Origin: Carcharhinus amblyrhynchos
Lineage: Eukaryota
NCBI GenBank assembly: GCA_965287045.1
Contig: OZ336873.1
Span: forward strand, 20,584,001 to 20,648,000
Direction: 5' to 3'
DNA: 64,000 nt
The position numbers and the translations under genes are program-made. The notes below the pieces were generated by a model. It was given only the letters and a program-made list of their open reading frames with translations, had not been told where the DNA came from and ran no database searches. Each line of letters opens with the position of its first letter. The stretch's first letter is position 1. Below are positions 50,910 to 63,119 of this stretch, piece after piece.

Positions 50910-51295
50910 TTTTTTTATTATTTCGTGGCACATGGGCATTGCTGACCTTGAGAAGGTGGTGGTGAACCAGCCTTTTGAATCGCTGCAGTCCATGTGCAGT
51001 AGGGTGACCCACAATGCTGTTAGGGAGGGAATTCCAGGATTTTGACCCAGCGACTGCGAAGGAACGGCAATATATTTCCAAGCCAGGACAGTGAGTGGCT
51101 TAGAGGGGAACTTGCAGGTGGTGATGTTCCTTTATATCTGCTGCCCTTGTCCTTCGAGATGGAAGGTGCTGTCTAAAGATCTTTGGTGATTTGTTGCAGT
51201 GCACCTTGTAGATAGAACACACCACTGCTACTGAGTGTCAGTGGTAGGGGGAATGGGTGTTTGTGGGTGTGGTGCCAATCAAGTGGGCTACTTTG
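50910..51295 (-). mobile_element. CR1-group LINE 3' fragment, same family as 1647-2013
   Basis: Minus peptide SFAVAGSKSWNSLPNSIVGHPTAHGLQRFKRLVHHHLLK. Confidence 0.85.
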
Positions 51296-51870
51296 ACCTG
51301 CTTTGTATAGACCAGGAAGATGCCAGGTTCTATCCTTGGTCTTCATTGGTTTTGCTGATTTCAGCTGGGACAGAATAGATTGGTCACAGTGACCTGAGGG
51401 TGGGGGAACACAAACCTAATAATTGTACGAGTTTAACTCTGGGGGGCATTAAAGGGGGAATCATTTGTGCTGTTATACACAGGAAGCAGTAAACTGCGGA
51501 GGTGCATGTTTGTAATGGCTATCTTTGTCAATAATAGCTTCTGAAAGTGTGTAAAAGATCGGCTCCAATTCTATCCTACGCTGGCCAGCTTTAGTCCTTG
51601 CTAATAGCTACTATCGGGTGACTTCTGCTGGAAATATGTGTACAAAAGTTTCAGGTCTGGACAGGATTGATTGCATTTTTCGTGGCTATCCTTTTATATT
51701 TTACAACTACTGTACATAAGCACCACAACAGATCAACGTACAAGATCTTTTCATGACCAGCATCCCAGGTGCCTTGAAATCGACGGTCTTAGGAAAGGAT
51801 GTATAAACGGAGTCCATTTGCCATGTAAGATTTAACAAAGCCTGATCAGTGCTGCATCTTCAGCAGTCGT

Positions 51871-51948
51871 TCACCCGAACCTCTGCCTCATCTTTCGCCT
51901 TTTACGCTTCAGCCTGTGCACACGCTTCTTCCGCCACTTTGCTCTGAT
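51871..51948 (-). pseudogene. RPL41: Processed pseudogene (retrocopy) of ribosomal protein L41 (eL41)
   Basis: The minus strand reads [25 protein letters not shown] (25 codons + TGA) against vertebrate RPL41 [25 protein letters not shown]: 20/25 identical. The start codon is mutated to ATC and there are no introns. Confidence 0.93.
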
Positions 51949-52458
51949 GTCGACAAGAAGCTCAAAGCCCCAGAACGGAAAGTTCAGTGGGCCTCCTGGT
52001 CGACCAACCTGCTGCCATTTGCTGTTGAAGCTTCATGCGCGCACATGAAAGATGATCAGTGGAGAAATAATGACAGGTGCCTGGAACTGGAAAAATGATG
52101 CCACCTTTGAGAAGGAGAGAAAGTGAGCTGGGGAAAGGAACCCTAAAATTGGGATCAACTACACCATATTGTTCTCAGTAGGGGTGAGTCTCAAACCCTT
52201 AGTCGTGGTATAAAAACATCTCAGATATCCTTTAACTGACTACGGCATTGTCATAGTTGTGAAAACATCAAGCCCACCTCTTTTTCCTTGCCATCGAATC
52301 ATTGGTTCTAGCAGTGGGTTAACTGGCAGTTCACGGAACTGCAACTTCCATGAGGTTTAAGAATGTGCAGCTTGTGCACTGGTTTTCCCATTCTATTTTT
52401 GAGCATGTTATTTTAAAGAGAACAATTTTTATTTGGGTGCTAAGGTGGGACTGGAGCA

Positions 52459-53166
52459 GAAAGGCCCGCAAATTCCGGATACGAGCCGACATGCCGGCCT
52501 CTCAGTCTGATCCTGCCTTTGGAGAACTTTTGGTGGAGGCTGTAGGATGGGGTTGGAATGGTGCTGATGGCCTCCTGCCCCCTTGGCACACAGGGTCTTT
52601 GCTGAGGCCAGAACATGGCCCAGGGATGGGGCAGCCTCCCGGCCACAGGCCAGAGGTAGCTGGTACTCCATCCAACTAGAGGTATAACCCACCTCCGCCC
52701 CCTCCTCAAATATGCACATTAGCAACCGTGGAATCCCGTGGCGAGTCTGGTTCCCACAATGATGGCGTGGCAACAATGGCCTTCTTTATCTTTAAATGTT
52801 TGTAAAAGCTCTTCAGAGAGCGCCTCCACCTTGAAACGTCTCTCCTTTCCCTTCCTGCATTGGCAGCTCCCACCTCCTGGAAGTATGGCTGCCAGTCTTT
52901 CACCTCTGAATAGTGTAGGTTAGATGGGCTTTAGGTCGGTGCAACATCAAGGGCTGAAGGGCCTGTTCTGCACTGTAATATTCTACGTTCCGAATCCTGG
53001 TGTTGGCATGTGTGACAGCAGGATTGGGCAGGAGGCCATCAGCACCATTCCAACCCCACGCCACTACCTCCACTAAGGCTAATGCCTCCAAAGAATCAGT
53101 CTGGGAGGCCGGCATGTCGGCTAGAACCCGGAATTTGTGGGCCTCTCCCACAGGAAAATCCAGCCC
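52459..53166. mobile_element. Fold-back or MITE-like element with about 120-bp inverted arms and an internal CR1 tail (about 52905-52990)
   Basis: 52459-52580 is the reverse complement of 53026-53147; the right end gaaaatccagccc resembles the MITE termini. Confidence 0.7.
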
Positions 53167-54099
53167 CAGGCGAAAACAACCTCCTTAAGCATCAGAAAGA
53201 ATTTTGATTTTATAGATGTTGAACCATGAGCCGAAAACCTGGTGAATACTTTTACTGCACCATCTTTAAAAGTAAAAGATAAGAATGACCTTATTGGCAT
53301 AATTGGTAGAATTTGTACTGAATCGTTGTCTGATAACACTGGACATGAATTAGTGATGTTTTTCCCCCATCTTTTGTATCCCATATCTGTACCAGGCCTT
53401 CCCAGATCGAGTGTAACCGACTGTTACTGTCTAACCACCACTACCCCCCCCACCCTGAGAAATGCCCAAAACCTAATTTCAGAAGAGCAATTCTGACTGC
53501 AATCACTGTATCTTTCTGTTCTTCACACCAACAAGCTCATGTTGTGCAGTTGGTGAGGAGGGGTGGATATTTGCTGTCAAAAAAGGCATTTGTTTAGTTT
53601 TGTTCCTTTATTTTTAATCTCACTAGTTTTAATTATCATCAAGATTAATTTTAGCCCTGTTGACAAAGATGCAATCACTTTAATTTCCTCCTCATTTTAA
53701 TTGCGGACTAGCAACACCGACTGGCTGACTGCTTCACACAATGCTGTTGGAATCACTTCACAAATGATCCTCCCAGTCAGCAAATAGAGGGACCGTAAGT
53801 CCCAAAGGTGAAGGAACAGCTGCTCAGCCCATTCAATAAATTTGCCGACAAGATGCTGCTACTAAAAGGGAAAACTGTGGGAATTCAAGGTTAAGTGTTG
53901 AACTTGGTAACGAATTACCTGAAGGTCTGCAGACACTAGGGCCTTGTTCGAATGGATTGTGCCTACTGCTGCTCATCTACGTTGGAGTTAGAAACCCAAT
54001 GCAAATTGGTCAAATGTGTATGTATTACTAAGCTGGAGGGCAGTCATGTTTGTGGAGCCGAGAGGAAACTACAATGATCATTCGATAAAATCTGCAAAT

Positions 54100-54790
54100 A
54101 GGCAAATCAGTGGCAGATGAAATTCATTAACGACAAGTGCAAGACACTGGAAAAACACTGGGTGTTTAAATACATTGTGGGTGGTTACAAATAGCTAATG
54201 AGGAAGTGAAAGTAGGTATGCCACTTAATATGTTGCATTGCCGAGGAGCAGTAATAAATAGCGATTTGTATTGCTAGATCTGTTGGGTATAAGTCAGAAG
54301 AGGTTGTGCCAAGTTAGTAGCCTGGTTTGCCTTTATTTTAAGAATTGGTGGCCAAAGCTGAACACACAGTACAAAAGAAACCAGATATGCCAAGGGGCTA
54401 GTGTAGAGCAAAGTTCATCGACCGACTGAGGCACAGGGATAGAAAGGAGAAACCGAGGCTCTCCAGTTTAAATTATTATTTCACTGTTTGCAGGCTCGAC
54501 ATACAATTTCAGTCATGGTAGAGCAGTGTAGTCAACAGCCCAGGCACCACCAGGCAGTTTAGTTTGCAGGCAAGATTCAAGACATGAGCTTTGGCTTTAA
54601 ATTGTCCAAAGAACATGTATCATCATAACATAGGCTGCATATGTGAAAATATGAGGCACAGGCCAATTTGAAAGTGAGAAGTTCCTAAATTCTGTGGAAT
54701 CTTCGCTATTTGGCATTAATGATGAAAGGTGCCAGCTCATCAAAAATGGCCGTTAACGGGAGAGTTCCATTTACCGTTGGAACACAACGC
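54100..54790 (+). mobile_element. Old degenerate CR1 fragment
   Basis: tggcagatgaaattca...gacaagtgcaag (WQM-FN--KC-like) and later ttgtggaatc-like remnants. Confidence 0.45.
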
Positions 54791-55039
54791 CATGCCTGCA
54801 GCATGAACTAATATGCAACTAACCAGGAAGTAAAGACCAATTTTTTTTGCTTCTAATCTTCAACAGTGAATTAAAACATAAAGTATAGGATAATGCAGCA
54901 TAAAGGTACAGGTTCCTGATAACTTTGTGATTTATTCTGGTCAGTAAAGTAATGATTCGTATCAGGGAGAATCAGAAATTTCAGTTAGTAGAGAATTAGT
55001 TGATGGAGTGTCAAATAACACACAATTTATTGTACAGTA

Positions 55040-55686
55040 TACCCAGGTGATGAATTATAGCCCTCAACATGCACCCCCCAACTCCCTCCATCATGATCCT
55101 CTTCATGACCCACCCCTACACAACTCCCCTGCAGTTGGCATTGCCCCTGCCTGGTGGGCACTGCGTGGCCATCATGCCCTTGATCAGCCGGGGGCTCACA
55201 AACCATCCTGCACTTGGCACTGTCCCTGTCTAAACCCCCCCTGAACTTGGCTCTGCCCCAGTTGAAACCCCCTGCACTTGGCACTGCCCCTGCCCAGTGC
55301 CCGATGGGCACTGCCCAGCCATGCCCTTGACCATCAGGGGCTTTAATGGCCTCCGACTCTCCCCTCCCCCATCCCCACCAGTGTAACCATCACACAGGCT
55401 TCTGCTAGTAGAGACCAGGACTGATTGCATCAGCATGACCTTCCGCAGGAGAGGTGGGAACACTCTTGAAGAGAGGAACGATGGTGTGCCAAACTCGTTA
55501 ATGAGCTTGAAATCCAATCAAACGCATGACAATTGGCCTCACGCCCAATCCGGTTCACGCCGTTTGAAAGGAACCAGGACAATTGTAAACTGTTTTGTGC
55601 CAGGCGATTTTTTTTTAGGCCTATGCGCTGTTTTCCCAGATTGGCACGATCCGCACCAGAAATGGCGAGGTGGGAAAATCACCCCC
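55040..55686. mobile_element. Larger GC-rich non-autonomous DNA element
   Basis: Repeated cttggcactgccc motifs; terminus gggaaaatcacccc. Confidence 0.55.
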
Positions 55687-56947
55687 ATTAACTCAGTTTC
55701 TCTCTCCACTGATTCTGCTGAGTTTATCCAGCATCTTCTGTTTCAATTTCTGATTTCCAACAACCACAGTATTTTATGTTCATATTGTTGTGAATTCTTC
55801 AGTTGGGCACTCCCATGACGTGTTAACTCTGAATTAGTTCAGATAATCTAGTACCTGAGAAATGCAGTACAATGTGCTGATTTAATGCACACTCTTTGTC
55901 TAAATGTATCAAAATAATCTGACGGGGCTGATAATTGCTAACAGAAATTGAGAACAGTTACGTTTAATTCCCTATTTTTAAACCGTCTCCCTGCCTATGC
56001 GGTATAACTTCTCTTCAATATTGGAAAAGTCAACTCAATTGAATGATTTCCGTCTCGGCTGTAGAACTGGTTGAAAAGCACTTGTTAACTATGTTTGCAC
56101 AAAGCTAATGAGGCCTTGTAGAACTGATCTGCGATTGATCGTTCTGATCAATTTCAGACCTAGTAGGATACAAATACCCATTTGATTACTGTCGTAGTAA
56201 TCCTTGGGGCAATTCTCCTCAGTACTCGGGAACATTTGTACAATACAGAGAAGCTTGCTGACAGTGGTAAATGTGTTTACAAATATGTGGCTTTTTGAAG
56301 GCAAGGTTGTGCTATCAGCTTTTCCTAGAACACCACAATATATGGTCAATCACACACTCGTGAAGGTTTGCACAGAATTCTGCCAGGTTTATCACACTTC
56401 CGATAAGATGTGCCCCAATGCATACAAAAGTATCCACATGGTATTTCCCAGTAGCCAGTTTTTTTCCTCTGAATGTATGAATAAGCAAGTATTCCACATC
56501 ATGATACCGGTGCTGGCATGTTCTAGGAATTGCCACAGTGTCGTTTTGCTTTATCACAATCTCGGCCACAGGAAGAATTAAATCTTCTTTTCAGAAAAAT
56601 AATGTCCTCCAGAGTGGTGGTTGGTTACATTTCCTCAATCTGCTTTGAGCTATTTGAAAAGGAGAAGACGTTTGCTTCTTCCCAGCGAGTCGGAAAAGAA
56701 TTTACAGCCAAGTCAGCCTGGAGGTGAAATTCTTTTAGCAAAAAACAGGATGCCGCTTTTTATTCTCTTTAATTAACAACCACAAACAGAAATGCATCCT
56801 CAAAAATATTAAGTATCAAAGCCACACTTCCCTGTTATTTAGGTATCAGCTTGTTAATTACAAGGGCAACTTCTCTCTCTGTTAATTGTGATTCCCTCTT
56901 TCCCACTGCTCCAACCTAGGCACCATCACTCACTTTGTCAGTGACCT

Positions 56948-57253
56948 GAACAAAGAACAAATAACAGTATAGCACAGGAACAGGTCCTTTGGCCCTCCAA
57001 GCCTGCACCGATCATGTGTTCCTAACTGGACCATCCGTTTGTATCCCTCTATTCCCAGTCTGTTCATGTGGCTGTCTAGATAAGTCTTAAATGATCCTAG
57101 CGTGTCTGCCTCAACCACCTTGCTTGGTAGTGCATTCCAGGCTCCTACCACCATCTGTGTAAAAACAAAAGTCCCCTGCATATCTGTACTGAACCTTGCC
57201 CCCCCCTTACTTTGAATGCCCCCCCTTACCTTGAATGCCCCCCTTACCTTGAC
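56948..57253 (-). mobile_element. CR1 LINE 3' fragment ending in a short tandem repeat (gcccccccttac(c/t)ttgaat, about 3 copies, 57198-57253)
   Basis: Minus peptide FTQMVVGAWNALPSKVVEADTLGSFKTYLD. Confidence 0.88.
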
Positions 57254-57282
57254 CTGTTACAGATTGTCCTTAGCAGAGACTT

Positions 57283-57619
57283 GGACCCACATTTTCTGGC
57301 CCTTCTTGCTGGTAGTGTCTTCCAGACACCCCCACCCCCCATCCCCCACCACAGTGTGTTCCCTGGAAGCAGAGGGTTCGGAGCAAACAAATCCCCACTG
57401 CTATTGGCGGGACCGGATGATCCCGCCACCAGCCAATGTCAGGCAGCTTCTGCCACTGGAAAATACGCCACGGAGTGGGGAGGGTGTGTCTGGAAAATCC
57501 CGCCCACTAGGAGAAATTTTACGCCAGAAGGATTTTACAGTCCCGCCAAGGACTTTTGACTGGCTTATTGTCATTTTACGCTCCTGCCCCTCACTGCGAC
57601 AGGGCCGCAAATTCCACCC
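57283..57619. mobile_element. Two adjacent MITEs (about 57283-57505 and 57510-57619)
   Basis: Right termini ggaaaatcccgccc and aaattccaccc. Confidence 0.6.
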
Positions 57620-58955
57620 ATAGAACTAAGTACCTTGTTTAACTGCAGCATAAAATAAATCCCGCGACGCTTCACTGACTCTGTGACGGGAGAGGAGCAA
57701 GAACTGTGGCTTGGCTCCACCCCAACCCTTCACCTCTACGTCACTGCCCCCCCACCTTACATTCCATTCCCGTAAATATAGAGGCAAATTATGGTACCTG
57801 GCAAGGTTGATGCGGAGAGCATTAGCCATCTCATCCTGATTATAGTCTCAGTATCACACTCGCATTAGTCATGGGGCCATTTTGCACAAGATACTGGTCC
57901 CTCTCTTCTGCTGCAAACGTCCACTTCCACCTCAATAATTGATTGTCTTGATACATTGGTAAAGTGTTAAGCATAACTGTATTAATATGACTGTTACATT
58001 GATGAATTTAGTTGCCTATGAATGAGCAAAATAATGTTGAGTAAGCACTGTTGAATAACACCTCACGTACATTGGTGTGTTTTCCTCTTCCACCAATACT
58101 AAACTGCATAACTGGGAAAGCAAATTAAAAATGACAAACTTAGTTTCAAAGGTATATATTTTCATGATTTCGTGCCATTTTCGTAGATAAATATTTGCAA
58201 AAATATATACCTTTTATGATCCACCATTAACGTGAAACTAATTATAAGACAATAACAAGCCAATTAAACATTAAGAATTACAAACTTCAAGGTTTGTTTC
58301 CAGATAGTGTGTCAAAGAGTTGAAAATATGGCAGAAATAATCCCTGCAAACATACTCTGACAGGACAATTAATGCAATATGCAAATTATCTTTATTTATT
58401 TGATATTAACTGTGTTTTAATCTTTCATATTTGCATTTTGAGAATGGGATCTCTGCGAGGGCTTTACACTTCACTGTTGGCATAGTGATAAAATTAAAGC
58501 TCTCAATTTGAGATCTTGGTAAATATTTGCTTTGGCAAGGAAATCTGATCAGGCTGCTAAATGAGACGGCCATTAAAGGAGTTGTGTTAAGATTTTGTGG
58601 CGGGTAGTTCTCTTAAAATTCTTACACCCCATGCTAAGTACACAACAATTTGTTTCAGAATGAATTAATAGCCTGATGACATTATTTTTCTTCAGTAGTT
58701 CTTTTTTCACCAAAGTAAAGTTTGATTTAAGACTGTATATTTTACATGTAAGGTTTCTAACCTGGTTTAAAGCAAACTTCCACATTACCAATGTAAGGAA
58801 GGATATTTCATCCAGCATCATACTTTGGATATGGACACAATGTCAATTTTATTTTCAGACATTTCTTAAATGAAGTACTTTATAAACCTAAAGTTAAGCA
58901 ATACTTCACCTCTAAGGAGCTTATTTGCAGACACACATGCACATACACTCAAATT

Positions 58956-59239
58956 ACAGAATCTCTGCAGTGCAGAAGGAGGCCATTTTGCCCATCAAGT
59001 CTACACCAACCACAATCCCACCCATAACCCACATGTTTACCTTGCTAATCGCCTAATACTAGGGTTAATTTAGCATGGTCATTCAGCCTAACCTGTACAT
59101 TGGAGCACCTGGAGGAAATCCACACAGACACTCGGAGAATGTGCAAACTCCACACAGACAGTGATCCGAGGCTGGAATTGAACCTGGGTCCCTGGTGCTG
59201 TGAGGCAGCAGTGCTAACCACTGTGCCACCATGCCACCC
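58956..59239 (-). mobile_element. HE1-type V-SINE, tail A
   Basis: Head, V-domain and tail. Confidence 0.9.
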
Positions 59240-62200
59240 ACTGTCTTCTCCAGACATAGCTAGGGTAATATCAGCTGTCAGCCAGTGTCAATGTGTACCT
59301 ACTTTCAAATGATAAGGCCATTGCCCTGCTCTCTGAGGGTGGTCATGGGTGGGGGTAGCTGAGATGGCACGAATCAAACCTGACAAAAACGAGAATTTAA
59401 GGAACAATCACAAACAGACGCAGTGTTCCTATTTGAACTCTCACAAGAGTGTTTGAGATGCCTGAATAGCAGGACTCCAGAAAAATTAATCCTTAACTAT
59501 AGGTATAATGGGGACAGTTTGTTTTTATGTGGGTGCTCTGAAAACTCTCAAGGTCCACAGCTTATTGCCTTTTCAGTTGCTGTACTGGATTGGATCAATC
59601 TGCTCGCTGTACCTCAACACCTAGAAAGTGCCATTGATGTGACATTAGAAATTTAATTTCACAAAAGGCTTAGAAACATTTATGTAACTTGCAGGAGCCT
59701 TTCTTCAAACTTGCTTGTTCAAGTAGGAGCTTTTGAATGAACGCTGAAAGAGGTTATTTTACCTTGCTGATTACCATTTTTATTTCTAAAACTCTGAATG
59801 CTGGTATCAAATCCTAAATTGCCAGCAGCACATTACTGGCATTTTAGAGAAACATTTGGTTCATGGCCCCCATTGTACATCCTGTTTGGATCGACTTTAG
59901 AGTCCATGTTTAATACAACGCAATGTTGAATTGTTGTTCTAACGCTTTCTTTCTGTTGGAATCTTTTCCAAGTGCACCAGTTTTTGACAATGTGTGTTAT
60001 TAGATTCTTCTTCTTCTTCTTGGGCTCTCTGTCCAGGGGCAAATCCAACCCATAGCATCGTGACCTCCAGCACAAGTAGGTCAAGGAGCTAGCTCCCAAA
60101 TCCATCCTAGCTCAAATGGGGATCGAACCCCATGCTGTTGACACCAATCAATGAGTTGATACTCTCTACCTGTTTGATCCTTTCATTTTCAGTAGGCAGC
60201 ATGATTTAGTCAGTCCACTTCTCTCCCAACGTACTTTATATTTGCGGTACCAAATAATGAGTATTAGCAGATATTCATTCCAAATTGAATCTGATATTTT
60301 CAAATGAGTCATTTATGGTGGTGACTTTATTCTCTTGTGATCAGTTTTTTTTTGCTAATACATTATCTGTTCAGAAAAGGTCAGAGAGCAGCAGAGACTC
60401 TTCTTTATGTGAGAAGTCATTTCAGGAACCTGCAGCTACATCAGTGCAGGGACATGTATGAGTTCTTTGAGTGGCTGTTGTTCTGTGAATGTATAAATAG
60501 CCACTTCTTCAAAAATTATTATTTACCACCACTTGAATGACAGATAGCCACTTTGAAATATATGCAACATATATGCATATATGTATGTGCTTAATATGAA
60601 GTGTGTGTGTGATTAAGAGAGAGTCTGTGTTCAGTTGGAGATCACTATTCCTTGTTTTCATTGGATCTTGCAACCATGAACAATTAAATTTCCACCAATT
60701 TGCTAGCTTTGTTAATTGGGTTGTGGGTTTGATTTCTTTGTGGTGGCCATAAGCAAATCATTGTCCTGTGTTGTTGGAGAGCAGTGTAATCGCAAATGGC
60801 ATATGCTGGCAGAAATGAAGCCTTCTAAGTGACTATCATGTTAACTTTAGTATTTGTGAAGCAGTGCTCCATATCCACAGAAAGATTCTGAATTTATAAA
60901 CCACTCATTTACATTTTTATGAAAATGATTTTGGAATTGATTGGAACTGTTCAGGACTTGACAAGTGGGTGACTAGTTATATTTCCAATTGAAATATTTT
61001 CACAATAAGTGAAAATGGAGCAGATGCATCTGTGTGTGTGTGTGTGTGAACAGATTTTATATATAATACTGGACAGGATTTATTTTTACCCAAATTGAGA
61101 CTCCATGGAGATGAGGAACAGCCTTGCATCTCACCGACTGGCTTTCTCCTCACCCACTCTCCCCTTTATTTTTGATTATTTTAACAAGTTATACTGTATG
61201 GTTTGTCGGAGCCAAGCAATCATTTTTTTCAGGACCAAAATTTAAAATTTATTGTCATTGACAAATGACATTCTTCTAATGTTGCTTGTGCTGACTTTAA
61301 TTTCAATGCACCTTATTAATCATTAGAAGTGTGCAGTTGTAATAGCCAGTTCAGTTTTGACAGTGTAACCCACATCTGTCATTAATGCCAATCCCAGCAG
61401 TCAGTGCAAACAATTGTCCCAGTGACTCATTTGTATGACAAATGGCAGACATGACAGGCTGTCGGGCTGGTTGTCACTTACCTTTTTTTTTAAGAAAAGG
61501 GCAATGCAGTTTTCCTATATCTTAATGGCACATTAAAAGCATGGTGAAGGAACTTAAAGGCCTTATTTTGATCAGTATACAGAAAAGTTGAACTTCCTTT
61601 AGAAGCATTTACAGCAACAGAGCCTAAATGTATATTCTCTGCTAAATAATAGATTTCCCCGTACCATGGGGAGATGACCCTGCCTGGTCACAGATAGAGC
61701 CAAGAGACTACTTTCCTCTTTGGTCATTGCAGTATATGATCGTGACCCGGTTTGGCTGCTTGCAGGGGGTTGATTGTGCTCCTGTTTGGTGGGAAGGGTG
61801 GAAAATGCACCCGGTCTTTTTCTCCGGAGGAGAACTGCATTTATTTCATTGACCTGGCTGGCATCTGCCACAAATTACTGCTCCTGTTAAGTTTTTCATT
61901 GTAAATGTCGAGAGTCTGCAAAAAGTTTGTTTCAAAAGCGATCGATTTAGTTGATTTATTCCACTGTTCTGGAAAATGAGATCTTGTTGAGAAACATCTT
62001 TGATATCCGCCCTACCATGTGGTGATTGACAGGAAGTAGTTACACAGAATGGCGGGTGGTTCAACGCATTTCTAAACCAAATCCAGAGCTCTGCATTTCA
62101 TTAAAATAAAAGCAAATTTCTGCAGATGCTGGAATCTGAAACCAAAAGAGAAAATGCTGGAAAATCTCAGCAGGTCTGGCAGCTTCTGTAAGGAGAGAAA

Positions 62201-62288
62201 AGAGCTGACGTTTCGAGACGACCCTTTGACAAATTTGCATTTGCATTTGACAAAGCCCGGACTCGAAACGTCAGCTCTTTTCTCTCTT

Positions 62289-62513
62289 GAAGTGGAGTTG
62301 CCGGCGTTGGACTGGGGTAGGCACAATAAGTAGTCTCACAGCACCAGGTTAAAGTCCAACAGGTTTATTTGGTAGCACGAACTTTCCGAGCTTTGCCCCT
62401 TCATCATGTGAGTGAGCCCCTTCATCACTCACCTGATGAAGGGGCAAAGCTCTGAAAGCTCGTGCTATCAAATAAACCTGTTGGACTTTAATCTGGTGTT
62501 GTGAGACTACTTA
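62289..62513. mobile_element. Inner palindromic Penelope-derived element with 89-bp arms
   Basis: Arms 62327-62415 and 62425-62513; flanked by the direct repeat cttttctctc (62277-62286 and 62514-62523). Confidence 0.82.
62431..62464 (+). ncRNA. Minimal hammerhead-ribozyme-like core
   Basis: CUGAUGA (62433-39), A, stem GGGGC/AAA/GCUCU, GAAA (62454-57), short palindromic AGCU then C. This is the architecture of Penelope-associated minimal hammerheads. Activity untested. Confidence 0.5.
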
Positions 62514-63119
62514 CTTTTCTCTCATTTTAGATGCTGCCAGACCTGCTGAGATTTTTCACTATTTTCAGCATTTTCTCTTTTGGTGTCTGTATTTTATTGT
62601 GTGATGCAGTATTCTTTTTCTCTCTCACAAACACACACACACAGCCCTAATTAGTTAGATTATAAGATGAATTTGGTTGACAACAATAATGCAAAAACAG
62701 GTTGATCGTAACTCAACAGCCCACCTTACACCATTGACCCATATTCTTTTCCATTGAAGTCTGTAGTGCAGACAATGAAATCTCTTATATAAGCAGTCTG
62801 CCAATTCCCTACCAACTGCTCAGGTTCACCACTTTGAACCCCATGTTTCAAACATAACCTCCATAAGCAGATATGACCCATTTCAAATATTTCTTTGTAC
62901 TTTAAATATAAAGTACAATTAAAACCTTACTAAGGCTTTCCCAATCTGAAAATGCAGGGCATTTTCAATTTTCCATTTTACTGTCAGATTTTCCAGCTGC
63001 TTGTTTTTTAGTAGCTTACCTGCAAATTAAACAGTGGCACAATCTTAATACTTTTCCAATATTCTTTTATGCAGATTGACAACAAAGATGCTCTATGTAA
63101 TAGTGTGTGCCCAGGAACT

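Larger units (their letters stand above)
62108..62584. mobile_element. Outer palindromic Penelope-derived element, interrupted at 62289-62513
   Basis: The left arm accaaaagagaaaatgctgg...gagagaaaagagctgacgtttcgag mirrors ctcgaaacgtcagctcttttctctc [insert] ...gctgccagacctgctgagattt...cagcattttctcttttggt. Confidence 0.8.

Noticed and set aside
57198-57253. Short tandem repeat as a CRISPR-like or functional array
   Set aside because: It has no spacers and looks like slippage at the 5' truncation point of a CR1 fragment.
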